Counted from the first letter of the stretch, positions 1-10,967 are shown. The stretch: 47,025 nucleotides of DNA from Sphingomonas bacterium (GCA_028823055.1 JAPKCG010000001.1:1-47025); one strand, 5' to 3'. The notes: generated by a model not told the origin, from the letters alone. A program made the numbers and translations.

Positions 1-542
1 GGTGCTGAGAGCAGCCGCACCGACAGGTCGGCGGTTCTAACCGCCGGGGATGCTGGAACCGCCGCTGCCGAGCGATCCGGGACGGGTGTTGAGCTTATCG
101 TCACCGAGGGAGAGGTAGGGGCGATCGGGGGGGTAGGGGCGGTCTCTGCAGCGACCGCGATTGGGACGACTATAGGGCGAGCAGCGTCCGCCATTACAAC
201 AGGCTTAAACTGCTTTGGCAGGGGCACTCTCGCCGGCGTGTCGGAGACCGGCGACCGCCGTAACGGCGGTTCCGGCGGTGGCAAAGCGATCAGATCAACC
301 ACCAATGGCTGCGATCGAGGTGCAGGGTGTGCGACGAATCCAGCCTGCGTGATCACTCCAAGCAGCCCAAAAGTGATGGTAAGTGCGGTGGCCATGGAAC
401 CGAGCCTGGCTCGGCTAGATGGGGCATAACCTTCGCGCTCCGCCCATTGGATCAGGCGAGCTGGTTGCTCGAACCCAGCGGCGCCGGCCGCGTCATCCGC
501 CACTGCGTCGTCGCGCACCTCCGCTATCGACTCTTCAAGCAT
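1..542 (-). CDS. tonB: TonB-family energy transducer, N-terminal part (3' end outside window)
   Basis: Not in the ORF track. Manual translation from ATG 542 is open to the window edge: MLEESIAEV...; one hydrophobic segment (MATALTITFGLLGVITQAGF), then a long Pro/Ala-rich linker (LPPPEPPLRR...APTPPIAPTSP) ending DLSVRLLSA. The C-terminal TonB domain is not visible. Confidence 0.7.
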   Translation of the reverse strand, partial: MLEESIAEVRDDAVADDAAGAAGFEQPARLIQWAEREGYAPSSRARLGSMATALTITFGLLGVITQAGFVAHPAPRSQPLVVDLIALPPPEPPLRRSPVSDTPARVPLPKQFKPVVMADAARPIVVPIAVAAETAPTPPIAPTSPSVTISSTPVPDRSAAAVPASPAVRTADLSVRLLSA

Positions 543-553
543 GATCACCCTAT

Positions 554-572
554 AATGCGACACATTCGCAAC
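554..572. promoter_or_regulatory. Putative Fur-type operator
   Basis: AATGCGACACATTCGCAAC, a TGCGA-N5-TCGCA dyad in the 44-bp gap between two divergent iron-uptake-type genes; resembles the Caulobacter-type Fur box as I recall it. Confidence 0.6.
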
Positions 573-586
573 TCCAAGGGAATCTC

Positions 587-2527
587 ATGTATCCGCGTTT
601 CGTGGCGATTGCTCTGCTGACACTCGCGGCGCTGATTATCGCGCCGCCTGCAATTGCAAATACCCCGGCCGTCGAGACTGCTTGGCGACTGCTCGACTAT
701 ATGGCGGTCGATTATGGGGGGGCTGTCGAGGATGGCAGGGTCAAGAGCAAGGCCGAATATGCGGAAATGACGGAGTTCGCCGCCGGGGTCTCCACGCGGC
801 TGCGCGAGCTTCCCGCCAACCCTGAACGATCGGCCCTGATCCAGCGAGCGGCACAGCTCCAAAGCGTGATTGGCCGCAAGGCGTCCCCGAAAGAGGTCGC
901 GACGCTCGCGGATAGCCTCGCCGCCGATCTCTTGAAAGCGTATCCGGTGCCGCTCGCCCCGGAGAAGGCGCCCAACATTGCCATAGGAACAGGGCTGTTC
1001 GCGCAAAACTGCTCTTCCTGCCATGGGCTCACCGGCGACGGGCACGGCCCGGATGCGGCGAAGCTCGCCACGCCGCCGATCGCGTTCACCGACGCGGATC
1101 GCGCGCGCCAGCGCAGCGTGTTCGCGCTTTATCAGATCATCACTCAGGGCATCGACGGAACAGCGATGCAGAGCTTCGCCGATCTGCCGAATCAGGAACG
1201 CTGGGCGCTGGCGTTACAGGCTGGCAGCTTCGCATTCACCGACGAACAAGCGCGCGCAGGCGAACGGCTGTGGAAGGGCGATGCGTCGCTGCGACAGCGT
1301 ATTCCGGACCTGAAAACGCTTGTGGGTCTCACGCCCGCCTCACTCGCCAACAGCATCGGGGAAAAGCGGGCGCTGGCGGTGATGGCTTATCTGCGCCGCC
1401 ACCCGAACGCTGCGGTCGAACAGGCTCCGGCATCGCTGTCACTCGTCCGCGAAAAGCTCGCGGCAAGTCTCGCCGCAGCGCGCACGGGTGATCGCCGTGC
1501 CGCGAAGGAACTGGCGCTGTCGGCCTATCTTGACGGGTTCGAGCCGGTCGAGCCGACGCTGGGCGCGCGCGACGCGACGCTGCTCGCCCGGATCGAGGGC
1601 GCGATGGGCGAATACCGCGCCGCGGTCGATCGTGGGGCAGCGCCCGACGATCTGGCGAACCGTGCCCTCATTTTGAACAGTTTGTTCGATGATGCGGAAG
1701 CAGCGCTTGCCCCCGGCGCATCCAGCAGCGCGTCGACGTTCCTGGGCGCGTTCACGATCCTGCTGCGCGAGGGGCTGGAAGCCCTGCTCATCATCGTCGC
1801 CATGATCGCGTTCCTGCGCAAAGCGGAGAGGCCGGAAGTGCTCCGCTATGTACATGGCGGCTGGGCCGGGGCGCTCGCGGCCGGGCTCCTTACATGGGTG
1901 GTCGCCACCTACGCGATCGGGGTCAGCGGTGCGAGCCGCGAGCTGACGGAAGGGTTCGGATCGCTGTTCGCGGCCGTGGTTCTGCTATCGGTCGGAATAT
2001 GGATGCACGGCAAGGCGCAAGCCGATCAATGGCAGCGCTATATCCGGGAGAAGATGACGCACGCCCTGTCCGGCCGCTCGGCCTGGTTCCTGTTCGGGCT
2101 CGCGTTCGTGGTGGTCTATCGGGAGGTTTTCGAGACGATCCTGTTCTACGCGGCGCTATGGACGCAAGGGAATGGCGGCGCGCTGCTTGCCGGTGCCGGG
2201 GTGGCCGTCGCTGTGCTCGGCCTCGTTGCCTGGGCGATGCTGCGCTACAGCCGCCAGCTCCCGATCGCCAAGTTCTTCGCCTACAGCTCATGGCTGATGG
2301 CGGGGCTTACGGTCGTGCTCGCCGGCAAGGGTGTCGCCGCGCTGCAAGAGGCCGGGATCATTGACATTGCCCCGATCGTCGGCGCGCCCCGGCTGTCGAT
2401 GCTGGGTCTGTTCCCAACCTGGCAATCCATTCTCGCCCAGCTTCTTATGTCGGTCGCGATCATCGCGGGCTTCTCACTTAACCGTCGTAAAGGGCGTCAA
2501 ACGCACAAACTCGCTCCAGCGGAGTGA
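587..2527 (+). CDS. Cytochrome c / FTR1-family iron (lead) permease, PbrT-like
   Basis: Signal peptide, heme motif CSSCH, FTR1 motifs REGLE and REVFE, multiple C-terminal TM segments. Confidence 0.9.
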   Translation: MYPRFVAIALLTLAALIIAPPAIANTPAVETAWRLLDYMAVDYGGAVEDGRVKSKAEYAEMTEFAAGVSTRLRELPANPERSALIQRAAQLQSVIGRKASPKEVATLADSLAADLLKAYPVPLAPEKAPNIAIGTGLFAQNCSSCHGLTGDGHGPDAAKLATPPIAFTDADRARQRSVFALYQIITQGIDGTAMQSFADLPNQERWALALQAGSFAFTDEQARAGERLWKGDASLRQRIPDLKTLVGLTPASLANSIGEKRALAVMAYLRRHPNAAVEQAPASLSLVREKLAASLAAARTGDRRAAKELALSAYLDGFEPVEPTLGARDATLLARIEGAMGEYRAAVDRGAAPDDLANRALILNSLFDDAEAALAPGASSSASTFLGAFTILLREGLEALLIIVAMIAFLRKAERPEVLRYVHGGWAGALAAGLLTWVVATYAIGVSGASRELTEGFGSLFAAVVLLSVGIWMHGKAQADQWQRYIREKMTHALSGRSAWFLFGLAFVVVYREVFETILFYAALWTQGNGGALLAGAGVAVAVLGLVAWAMLRYSRQLPIAKFFAYSSWLMAGLTVVLAGKGVAALQEAGIIDIAPIVGAPRLSMLGLFPTWQSILAQLLMSVAIIAGFSLNRRKGRQTHKLAPAE

Positions 2528-2573
2528 ACACTGTCTGCCGAACAGTTGCTGGCCAGCGCCGCAGCCAAAAGCC

Positions 2574-3110
2574 TTACTGCTCTTCGTCAGGTTTGATTCT
2601 AACTGTGCATCGCACCGGCTCGCGGGTATTGCTCGATCGCCTCGCGGTTCGCCTGAACAATGAGCGCGCCTGTGAGCATCGCGTTCCATGCCTCGGGCTG
2701 GCTCACGCCCGCCAGCCGGCGCGCGCCGTCCCACATAGACTGGTCGAGCGTGTTGGCTGCCATCCGTTCAGACTAGTGCCAGCTCGCTGGCACAACGTTG
2801 CGCCCGACGAGGCCCGGCACGATCGCCCATGCGAGGATACCGATCGCCGCCCCACCCAGCCCGAACCATAGCTGCCGGTTCCTCTGATCGGCCCGTGTCC
2901 ATGCCGATCTGGCGATGGCGCGAAGCTCGGCCATGACGCGGAACTTGTCCTCGCCTGCCTTGGCGAGCGCCGCCTGATCCGCGCGCCAGGCGGCGTTGCC
3001 CGCCGCCGCAATGCGCTGCGCCATCTGCCCGGGCATCATCGCCATTACCGGGGCTGTGGCAAGTATCTTGCCGATATGATCGGGCCGCCCGATTGCGCCG
3101 TCTACGCCCT
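2574..3110 (-). pseudogene. Remnant of a DUF6118-like plasmid-associated protein
   Basis: MAQRIAAAG...QLWFGLGGAAIGILAWAIVPG...ASWH*SERMAANTL...QANREAIE, then a frame change to EPVRCTVRIKP. In-frame TAG at 2773-2775; 5' end missing. Confidence 0.6.
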
Positions 3111-3535
3111 GTCGCTCCGCCGGGGCGGATCGGCTGATGCGGGCCGCCATCGGCAAGGCCGGGGGGATGGAAGCCATGCCAGTGAAGGGGCGCCGCCTCG
3201 TCGAGCCTGCTGGTGACGTTCATCCGGACAGTCTCGCCGTCATGCATTTCGAGCGTCGGACCGAGGAATGCGCGATTGATACCGATCGTCGGCGTATCGC
3301 GGCCGTTCAAGAATTGGCTTACGCCCTCTTGAAGCGTCAGATCATATTCCCGCACGCCATTTACGACGTTGCCGCGCAGCAGGGCCGAGATCGCGAGCGC
3401 TGGTTTATCGTCCCGCACCTTTGGTTGGCCGGTCTTGCGGGGAAAGAGCCAACGAAGCGCAACGACGCCAGCCGCCGCGAGCCCGCCACCGCCAAGTGCA
3501 GCCGCCGCCAATATTCCCCGGCGTCCAAGGGTCAT
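3111..3535 (-). pseudogene. Truncated multicopper oxidase (CueO/CopA-like), N-terminus only
   Basis: Tat-like signal (GRRGIL), FLGPTLEM, first Cu motif LHWHG and DGGPHQPIRPG; similarity stops near 3115. Confidence 0.85.
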
Positions 3536-3593
3536 AATGCACCTGCCCTGCGGCTGGTTACGTTCTGGGGTCCCTTGCTCTGTTCTCGCCGGC

Positions 3594-3719
3594 TCATTTC
3601 GAGCGCAGATATTTTAGGAAAGCCGCGATCCCCAGCACGAGGAAGGCCAGGATTAGGATCCACACAATTCCCATGCCGATCATCATCCCCATCGGCATAT
3701 GCATTCCACCGTTCATCAT
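3594..3719 (-). CDS. 41-aa Met-rich single-pass membrane peptide
   Basis: Strong RBS AGGAGGAG; MMNGGMHMPMGMMIGMGIVWILILAFLVLGIAAFLKYLRSK; below the ORF-track size cutoff. Confidence 0.7.
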   Translation of the reverse strand: MMNGGMHMPMGMMIGMGIVWILILAFLVLGIAAFLKYLRSK

Positions 3720-3805
3720 GTTCTCCTCCTGTCATTGCGTGATTGATATCGGCGTTGCGCCTGGGTCCGCTGTCGGAGCTGATTTCCGAGCATTTCTCCG
3801 TCGTC

Positions 3806-4159
3806 CTACTGGTGGGTGATCGCGGTGATCTTTGGCGTGCCGTTCGCCGTGGTCATGTCGAAAGCGACCTTGTCGCCGACCCCGATAGCGCTGAGGATTG
3901 CCGGGTCGGCGCCAAAGCTCATGGTCATGGCCGGCCAGCCGGCTTCGGGAATGGCGCTATGATCGAGCGTGACCTGACCGGCCTTCGCGTCGATCGCGGT
4001 TACGGTGCCCGTCCCATGGCCCTCGGCTGATTTATTGGCCGCAGGACTGCGCTCCGCGCTGGCGGCGGCTTGCGGCCCTGACGATGTCGCGGGCTGCTTG
4101 TTGCAAGCCGTGAGCGTCAAAGCGACGACCGAAGACGAAAGTATCATCCAAATTTTCAC
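3806..4159 (-). CDS. cusF: CusF-like copper-binding lipoprotein
   Basis: Lipobox LTAC; H-x7-W-x2-MxM motif ([16 protein letters not shown]). Confidence 0.9.
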   Translation of the reverse strand: MKIWMILSSSVVALTLTACNKQPATSSGPQAAASAERSPAANKSAEGHGTGTVTAIDAKAGQVTLDHSAIPEAGWPAMTMSFGADPAILSAIGVGDKVAFDMTTANGTPKITAITHQ

Positions 4160-7100
4160 GATTGAACTCCTTCTTGGGGCAATTTGCGCCGCCGCGCTTC
4201 CCGCCGCCTCAGCATCAAATAGCCGGCGGGGATCACCAGCATCGACAGCAGCGGCGCGGTCAGCATCCCGCCGATCATCGGCGCGGCGATCCGACGCATG
4301 ACCTCCGACCCGGTTCCGGACCCCAGCAGGATCGGCAGCAACCCGGCGAGGATTACCGCGACGGTCATCGCCTTAGGACGAACCCGCAACAATGCCCCCT
4401 CGCGGACGGCTTCATCGATCTCGTGTGGCGCGGGGTAGGGGCCACGGTCCGCCAACGCCTGTTTGAGATAGATGAGCATCACCACCCCGAACTCCGCCGA
4501 CACCCCCGACAACGCGATGAACCCGACCGCGGTCGCGATCGACTGGTTGAACCCGAGCAGGTAGAGCAGCCACAGGCCTCCGGTCAGCGCAAACGGCAGC
4601 GTCAACATGATCAGCAGCGCCTCATCGAACCGCCCGAACGTCAGGTACAGCAGCACGAAGATGATCAGCAGCGTCGCGGGCACGACGATCATCAACCGCT
4701 GCTCGGCGCGTTGCAGATATTCGAACTGGCCGGTGTAGGCGAGGCTGACGCCGGGGGGCAGTTTGACCTGTCGGGACACCGCCTTCTGTAGGTCATCGAC
4801 CACCGACACCAGATCGCGACCGCGGCTGTCGACATAGATCCATGTGGTCGGCCTGCCATTTTCGCTGCGCAGCATCGGTGGTCCCGAACTCACCGCGACA
4901 TCGGCAACATCGCCGAGCGTGATCTGCTGCAGCGTCGGCGTCAGCACGGGGAGGCCGCGGATGCTGTCGACGCTGTCCCTGATCTCACGCGGGTAGCGCA
5001 CGCTGATCGGGTATCGCGCGAGTCCCTCGACGGTCTGACCGATCGTCTGTCCGCCGATGGAGCTCGATACGACTGATTGAACGTCAGCGATGTTGAGCCC
5101 GTAGCGCGCGGCGCGGGCGCGATCGATCTTGATGTCGATATAATTGCCCCCCGTCAGCCGTTCGGCGAGCGCGGAGCTGATCCCCGGCACGGTCTTGGCG
5201 ACGGTCTCGATCCGCTGCGCGACCTGGTCGATGCTGGCGAGGTTCGATCCCGATACCTTGATCCCGATCGGGCTTTTGATCCCGGTCGAGAGCATTTCGA
5301 TCCGGTTGCGGATCGGGGGAATCCAGAAATTGGCAAGGCCCGGCACCTTCACCGCCCGGTCGAGCTGTTCGACCAGTTTCTCAGACGTCATGCCGCTGCG
5401 CCACTGGTCCTGCGGCTTGAAGTGGACGACCGTCTCGAACATCGTCAGCGGCGCGGGATCGGTGGCGGTATCGGCCCGCCCCGCCTTGCCGAACACGCTG
5501 GCGACCTCGGGCACCGTCTTGATCAGGCGATCGGTCTGCTGGAGCAGTTCGGACGCCTTGGCGGGCGAAATGCCCGGGAGCGCCGATGGCATGTAGAGCA
5601 CGTCGCCCTCGTCGATCTGCGGCATGAACTCGCCGCCGAGCTGGCTGATCGGCCACAGGCAGGTCGCAAAGACGAGCCCGGCAACGGCCAGCGTCGCCTT
5701 GGGGCGCGCCAGGACCCGGTCGAGCGCGGGCCGGTAGATGCGCGTCAGCCAGCGGTTGACCGGATTGGCGTTCTCGGGCGGGATCTTGCCGCGGATCAGA
5801 TAGCCCATCAGCACCGGGATCAGCGTAACCGACAGCAGCGCCGCGCCCGCCATCGCATAGCTTTTGGTGAACGCGAGTGGCGCGAACAGTCGGCCTTCCT
5901 GCCCTTGAAGGCTGAACACCGGGATGAACGAGAAGGTGATGATCAGCAGCGACAGGAACAGCGCCGGCCCCACCTCGACCGCGGATTCGGTGATCAGCCG
6001 CCACCGATCTGCGGCGGGCGGTTCGCGGTCGTCATGGTCGTGACGCCATCGCTCGACATGTTTGTGCGCATTCTCGATCATCACGATGGCGGCATCGACC
6101 ATCGCGCCGATCGCGATCGCGATCCCGCCGAGCGACATGATATTCGCGTTGACCCCCTGGATGCGCATCACGATCAGCGCGATCATGACCCCGAACGGGA
6201 GCGTGATGATCGCGACGAGCGCCGAGCGGACGTGCCAGAGGAACAGCCCGCACACGAGGCCGACGACGATGAACTCCTCGATCAGCTTGCTGTTGAGATT
6301 CTCGACCGCGCGATCGATCAGCGTCGACCGGTCATAGGTCGGAACGATCTCGACGCCGGGCGGCAAGCTCTTGGCAAGTTCGGTAAGCTTGGCCTTGACG
6401 TTGGTGATCGCGGTGCGCGCATTCTCGCCCGACCGCAGGATGATGACCCCGCCCGCGACCTCGCCCTGCCCGTTGAGCTCGGCGATCCCGCGCCGGATGT
6501 CCGGCCCGACCTGAATGGTGGCGATGTCGCCGAGCGAGACTGGGACGCCGCCTGCGAGCGTTTTCAGCGGAATGAGCCGGAAATCGTCGAGCTTCTGCAG
6601 ATAGCCCGTCGCGCGGACGATATATTCGCGCTCGGCCATTTCGACGACCGAACCGCCTGCTTCCTGGTTGGCGCGCTTGATCGCGGCGATCGCGGCGTCC
6701 TGCGTGACGCCATAGGAGGCCATCCGAACGGGATCGAGCACGACCTGATATTGCTTCACCATCCCGCCGATGCTGGCGACCTCGGCGACATCGGGGACGG
6801 TCTTCAATTCATAGCGCAGGAACCAGTCCTGGATGCTTCGGAGCTGGGCGAGGTCGTGCTGCCCCGAGCGGTCGACCAGCGCATACTCGTAAATCCAACC
6901 GACCCCGGTCGCATCGGGACCGAGCGCGGCCACCGCCCCCTCGGGCAGGCGACTCTGCACCTGGCTGAGATATTCGAGCACGCGGCTGCGCGCCCAATAG
7001 AGATCGGTGCCATCCTTGAAAATGATGTAGACGTAGCTGTCGCCGGTGAACGAATAGCCGCGGACGGTGCGCGCGCCCGGCACTGACAGCATCGTGGTAG

Positions 7101-7308
7101 CGAGCGGATAGGTCACCTGGTCCTCGATGATCCGGGGGGCCTGCCCCGGATAGCTGGTGCGGATGATGACCTGGACATCGGACAGGTCGGGCAGCGCGTC
7201 GACCGGCGTCGTTTTCACCGCCCACAGCCCGACCCCGAGCAACGCCGCGATCCCGAGCAATACCAGGAACCGGCCGCGCACGCTGGCACGGATGATGGCG
7301 GCGATCAC
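4156..7308 (-). CDS. cusA: CusA/SilA heavy-metal RND permease
   Basis: 1050 aa; [47 protein letters not shown]. Confidence 0.95.
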   Translation of the reverse strand: MIAAIIRASVRGRFLVLLGIAALLGVGLWAVKTTPVDALPDLSDVQVIIRTSYPGQAPRIIEDQVTYPLATTMLSVPGARTVRGYSFTGDSYVYIIFKDGTDLYWARSRVLEYLSQVQSRLPEGAVAALGPDATGVGWIYEYALVDRSGQHDLAQLRSIQDWFLRYELKTVPDVAEVASIGGMVKQYQVVLDPVRMASYGVTQDAAIAAIKRANQEAGGSVVEMAEREYIVRATGYLQKLDDFRLIPLKTLAGGVPVSLGDIATIQVGPDIRRGIAELNGQGEVAGGVIILRSGENARTAITNVKAKLTELAKSLPPGVEIVPTYDRSTLIDRAVENLNSKLIEEFIVVGLVCGLFLWHVRSALVAIITLPFGVMIALIVMRIQGVNANIMSLGGIAIAIGAMVDAAIVMIENAHKHVERWRHDHDDREPPAADRWRLITESAVEVGPALFLSLLIITFSFIPVFSLQGQEGRLFAPLAFTKSYAMAGAALLSVTLIPVLMGYLIRGKIPPENANPVNRWLTRIYRPALDRVLARPKATLAVAGLVFATCLWPISQLGGEFMPQIDEGDVLYMPSALPGISPAKASELLQQTDRLIKTVPEVASVFGKAGRADTATDPAPLTMFETVVHFKPQDQWRSGMTSEKLVEQLDRAVKVPGLANFWIPPIRNRIEMLSTGIKSPIGIKVSGSNLASIDQVAQRIETVAKTVPGISSALAERLTGGNYIDIKIDRARAARYGLNIADVQSVVSSSIGGQTIGQTVEGLARYPISVRYPREIRDSVDSIRGLPVLTPTLQQITLGDVADVAVSSGPPMLRSENGRPTTWIYVDSRGRDLVSVVDDLQKAVSRQVKLPPGVSLAYTGQFEYLQRAEQRLMIVVPATLLIIFVLLYLTFGRFDEALLIMLTLPFALTGGLWLLYLLGFNQSIATAVGFIALSGVSAEFGVVMLIYLKQALADRGPYPAPHEIDEAVREGALLRVRPKAMTVAVILAGLLPILLGSGTGSEVMRRIAAPMIGGMLTAPLLSMLVIPAGYLMLRRREARRRKLPQEGVQS

Positions 7309-8792
7309 TTGGCGGCCCCGCTATGCGCGATCGACGTGAGCGTGGATCCGCCCTTGCGCTGTTCGAACCGGAACGAGACCCGATCGCCCTTCTTGTAGCC
7401 GCGGGTCATCGTCGGATTGGCGAGTTTGAAGCTCATCGTCATTGCCGGCCAGCCGAGCGCAGGCACCGGCTGGTGCGACAGGGTCACCGCGCCGTTCTCG
7501 ATCGCCTCGATACTGCCGATGGTGCCGTAATCCGTCGGTTTGGCGGGATTGTTGGCGGCGGCGGGGTTTGGTGCAGGAGCCGCGTTCAACGGTCGGGCCT
7601 TGATCCCCGACAGGCTGGCTTCGGAATCGATCAGGAACTGGCCCGAGGTGATGACCTTCTCACCCTCCGAAAGCCCAGCGAGGATCTCGGTCTGACCACC
7701 GCCCTCGCGGCCAAGTTGAACTTCGGCCGGCTGATAGCGACCGCCGTTTTCTGCGAGCATCACCAGCGTGCGCTTACCCGTACGGATCACGGCCTCGCTG
7801 GGGACGAGCAGTGCAGGCTTGCCGACATCGCCCAGATGCACGGTCGCGAACATCCCCGGCTTCAGCCGACCGCCACGATTGCGCAGCTCCACCCGCACCG
7901 TCAGCGTGCGGCTCGCCGCTTCGGCGGTGGGAAGCACCGCGATGACCTTTCCAGAGAAGCGCTCGCCCGGGAAGCTCGCCAGTTCGGCCACCGCGGGCTG
8001 GCCGAGCTTGACCTCGCCCGCGCGTGTTTCTGGTATCGCGGCATTGAGCCAGACCGTGCCGAGCCCGTTGACCTGCGCCAGCGTTTGCCCCGCGGCCAAT
8101 GTCATCCCGGGGCGCACGTCGAGGGTCTGGATGACCCCGCCGACCGGCGTCGAGATGGTCACGACATCCTGACGCCGCCCGGTGCGTGCGACGCTGGCGA
8201 TCGTGCCTGCGGGCATCCCCAGCAGCTTCAACCGGTCGCGCGCGGCGTTCGCCAGTCCCGCATTGCCGCTGCGCCGGAGAGCCAGATATTCGGCCTGCGC
8301 ACCGCCCCATTCGGGTACCAGTAGATCCGCGATCGGGGCGCCCGCGCGAACGATGTCGCTCGGCGCGCGACCATAGGTGCGCTGGACGAAGCCGCCCGCA
8401 CGCGCCTGGACGATCGCGACATCACGCTGGTTGAAGTCGATCGCACCGGTAACGTCGAGACTCGATTCCAGCATACCGATCCGCGCGATGGCGGTGCGGG
8501 CGCCGAGATTCTGCATCGCGTCGGCAGGAATTTTCACGCCCGGTGCGCTGGTACCGCCTTCGTCGGCATATTTGGGTTCGACTGCCATCCCCATCGACGA
8601 CTTTGCGTCCGGGCTGTCGTAATGCTCCTGCGGGACCATCGGGTCGTAATAATAGAGAATTTTTCGACCATCGGCGGCGGTCTTCGCATCGCCTCCCGAC
8701 GTGCCAAGATAATAGCCACCGCCTGCCGCCGCGAGCGCGATCGCGGCGATCGCAGCACCAAGTGTTGCCTTTTGGGTTCGATCGGCTGTCAA
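7305..8792 (-). CDS. cusB: CusB membrane fusion protein with C-terminal CusF-like domain
   Basis: N-terminal YYYDPMVP...SSMGM metal-binding segment, MFP core (LKPGMFA), C-terminal [16 protein letters not shown]. Confidence 0.93.
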   Translation of the reverse strand: MTADRTQKATLGAAIAAIALAAAGGGYYLGTSGGDAKTAADGRKILYYYDPMVPQEHYDSPDAKSSMGMAVEPKYADEGGTSAPGVKIPADAMQNLGARTAIARIGMLESSLDVTGAIDFNQRDVAIVQARAGGFVQRTYGRAPSDIVRAGAPIADLLVPEWGGAQAEYLALRRSGNAGLANAARDRLKLLGMPAGTIASVARTGRRQDVVTISTPVGGVIQTLDVRPGMTLAAGQTLAQVNGLGTVWLNAAIPETRAGEVKLGQPAVAELASFPGERFSGKVIAVLPTAEAASRTLTVRVELRNRGGRLKPGMFATVHLGDVGKPALLVPSEAVIRTGKRTLVMLAENGGRYQPAEVQLGREGGGQTEILAGLSEGEKVITSGQFLIDSEASLSGIKARPLNAAPAPNPAAANNPAKPTDYGTIGSIEAIENGAVTLSHQPVPALGWPAMTMSFKLANPTMTRGYKKGDRVSFRFEQRKGGSTLTSIAHSGAAK

Positions 8793-10045
8793 CGGACATC
8801 TCCTGTGTTCACGAGCATGATCCGCACCGCGTCGCGCTCCAGCGCGGCTTCGCGGTCGAGCAGATCGATTTCGGCATTGGCGAGCGCTACGGTTTCGCTG
8901 AGCGCGCTCCCGAGGTCGATGCGTCCCGCAGCGTAGCTATCCTGTGCCGCCAGCGCGCGCTGTCTGGACAGGGGAACGATCAGGTCGCGCGCGTGCTCGA
9001 ATTTCTCTTGGTACATGCGGTGGTCCGCCAGATCGGAACTGAGCGCCCCCAGCGCCGCGCGCTCGGCGTCGGCGCGGTCGAGCCTGGCGGCCTGCGCCGC
9101 GCGTAAACTCGCATCGATCCGCGGATCCTGCCGATTCTTGGCGAACAGCGGCAGATCGATCGAGACGCCAACCGATGCGAAGGTGCCGAACTGCGGCTGC
9201 CGCCGCGCGAGCGACGCAATAACGCTGATGTCCGGATTCTTCTGCGCACGCGCGAGCGCGATGTCCGCCTCGCTCTGGCCGATCGAGGCGTCGGCGGCGC
9301 GCAGATCGGGTAGCGTGGCCACGCCCGCCCGCAAGCGCTCCGCGTCGATGTCGGGTGACGGCGCCTGCCCAGCAATTTCGGGGTCGGCGACGCCCGTCCA
9401 CCGGGTGAGCTGCGCCCTGGCCTTGCGGATCGCGGCTTGCCGCTCGCTCCGTCGGTCGGAAAGCTGGGCTTTAAGAATCTGCGGATCGAACGCTTGCGCC
9501 GCGGTGGCGCTGCCCGACGTCAGTCGCGATCCGATCGTTTGTGTCAGGTCGTCGATCTGCGCCGCGAGTTTCTTCAGGATGTCCAACCGGCGCTCGGCAT
9601 AATAAAGGTCGATCCAGGCCAGCGCCGCACCAACCCGGACGTTCCGCGTCGCGACCGCTTCATCGGCCTCTGCCGCGACGATATCGGCGCTCGCGCGTTC
9701 GGCGCGCGCATGGCGCTTCTTCGCATTGGGAATATCTTGCCGCACCCCCACCGTCTGGCGGATGTAGGTGTTGGGAAACGGCGGATCGCGTTCGGCCTGG
9801 GTCAGCCTTACATCGTTGAAGTTGAGGTCCAGCTTGGGGTCGGGGAGCTGGTCCGCCGCTACCGCAGTGCGCCGGGCGCCCGCGGTCGTCGCTTCGCGAG
9901 CATCGACGCTTGGCGAATTCGACGAGGCGAGGTCGAGCGCCTGCGTGAACGTCAAGGTTTGTGCCGCCGCTGAATGCGTGACGAGGACCATAACAGCGCC
10001 TACGGTGACGCGGAGCTTAGGTATCTTCATGACGCGATGTCGCAT
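8789..10045 (-). CDS. cusC: TolC/CusC-family outer membrane factor
   Basis: Signal peptide, PDPKL and SIDLPLF OEP-repeat motifs; overlaps cusB start. Confidence 0.88.
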   Translation of the reverse strand: MRHRVMKIPKLRVTVGAVMVLVTHSAAAQTLTFTQALDLASSNSPSVDAREATTAGARRTAVAADQLPDPKLDLNFNDVRLTQAERDPPFPNTYIRQTVGVRQDIPNAKKRHARAERASADIVAAEADEAVATRNVRVGAALAWIDLYYAERRLDILKKLAAQIDDLTQTIGSRLTSGSATAAQAFDPQILKAQLSDRRSERQAAIRKARAQLTRWTGVADPEIAGQAPSPDIDAERLRAGVATLPDLRAADASIGQSEADIALARAQKNPDISVIASLARRQPQFGTFASVGVSIDLPLFAKNRQDPRIDASLRAAQAARLDRADAERAALGALSSDLADHRMYQEKFEHARDLIVPLSRQRALAAQDSYAAGRIDLGSALSETVALANAEIDLLDREAALERDAVRIMLVNTGDVR

Positions 10046-10225
10046 CTAGGCGTTCCTGCTTTTGAGTGGCTAGCGCGCACCGCCGTGTCGGCGCTTGTGA
10101 CATCAGGATAACGTGGCGCCGTACGGCCGCGGAATCGGAGCAAATCCACAGATTGTTGGGGTTGGTTTGATCGGCCAGCCTGCGATGTGCGAAGCTCGAT
10201 CTGGTCCAAGGCCGCGTTTCCGAAA

Positions 10226-10265
10226 GGCGCAGTATGGGCGGGACTAGTCCCGCCCATACTGCGCC
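10226..10265. repeat. Perfect 40-bp palindrome (terminator/attenuator or mRNA-stabilising hairpin)
   Basis: GGCGCAGTATGGGCGGGACT|AGTCCCGCCCATACTGCGCC; followed by only TTT on the minus strand. Confidence 0.85.
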
Positions 10266-10280
10266 ATAATACGCTGACGA

Positions 10281-10535
10281 TCACGATTTATGCGGAGGCG
10301 GGCACGGGGTTGCCCGATTGCGTGGCATAGATTGCGGCTGCCGCGTCGCCGAGGGGTCATTCGGCGATGCTATCCACACGCGCCGGGGGGCGGTAATCGG
10401 CGCTCGCGGGCCGGGTTGAGCGGTGGAGCGCCATTCGAAATGCCCGGACGGCGTCTGGGGGTTTGCAGCGGCTGAAGCGCTGCTCGCAATGACTACGGCA
10501 ACGCCAAGCGCGCCGACAACGAAATGGTGAGACAT
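10281..10535 (-). CDS. Small secreted hypothetical protein
   Basis: RBS AAGGA, signal peptide ending ASA, GHFEWR...PGPRAP...RRVW motif; co-oriented with cus. Confidence 0.7.
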   Translation of the reverse strand: MSHHFVVGALGVAVVIASSASAAANPQTPSGHFEWRSTAQPGPRAPITAPRRVWIASPNDPSATRQPQSMPRNRATPCPPPHKS

Positions 10536-10542
10536 GGATTGA

Positions 10543-10619
10543 ATCCTTGATCTGAACAGGGGCGTCCCGGTGCCTTGAAACGGGGCACCTGAGACGGATT
10601 CCGGGTGTCAGATCAGGAT
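10543..10619 (-). promoter_or_regulatory. Stem-loop pairing the leader stop codon with the downstream SD
   Basis: mRNA arms AUCCUGAUCUGA (10619-10608) and UCAGAUCAAGGAU (10555-10543), with inner stems CGUCUC/GGGACG and GGUGCC/GGCACC. Confidence 0.75.
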
Positions 10620-10967
10620 ACTGGGAGGATCCGGCAAAGGCCCATAGGACCGGCCCAGGAGCTGCGCAGCCTTCATCAACTGATGGCTGGGTCGATTTTG
10701 GACAGGCTCGCGAGGGGTGAACATGGTCGGCTCAAGCGCCGCCGGGACCGTACAGCCCATCTGAGCGATGCACTGAAGCGTCATCCCCCTGCAAGGAACC
10801 TTTTCGCGCGATCCCGAAACTGGCATTTCAGAGCAGTTCATATCCGTGGTCATCGACGCCATTGGTGCCGATGTGACGCTCAGTGGTGCCATCGCCACGG
10901 CGGTCGATTGGCCCGAAAGGCTCAACGCCGCAACGGCGAAAAGAAAAAGGCGAAATATACCAGCCAC
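10608..10967 (-). CDS. Secreted Cys/Met-rich leader protein, CutF/CopL/DUF2946-like
   Basis: Signal peptide, 4 Cys including CIAQMGC, C-terminal GPLPDPPSILI. Confidence 0.75.
   Translation of the reverse strand: MAGIFRLFLFAVAALSLSGQSTAVAMAPLSVTSAPMASMTTDMNCSEMPVSGSREKVPCRGMTLQCIAQMGCTVPAALEPTMFTPREPVQNRPSHQLMKAAQLLGRSYGPLPDPPSILI

Noticed and set aside
3716-3793. 25-codon ORF (MLGNQLRQ...) with RBS overlapping the micropeptide start
   Set aside because: No recognisable features; could be chance.
5077-7086. 669-aa plus-strand ORF
   Set aside because: Antisense shadow of cusA, typical of high-GC coding sequence.
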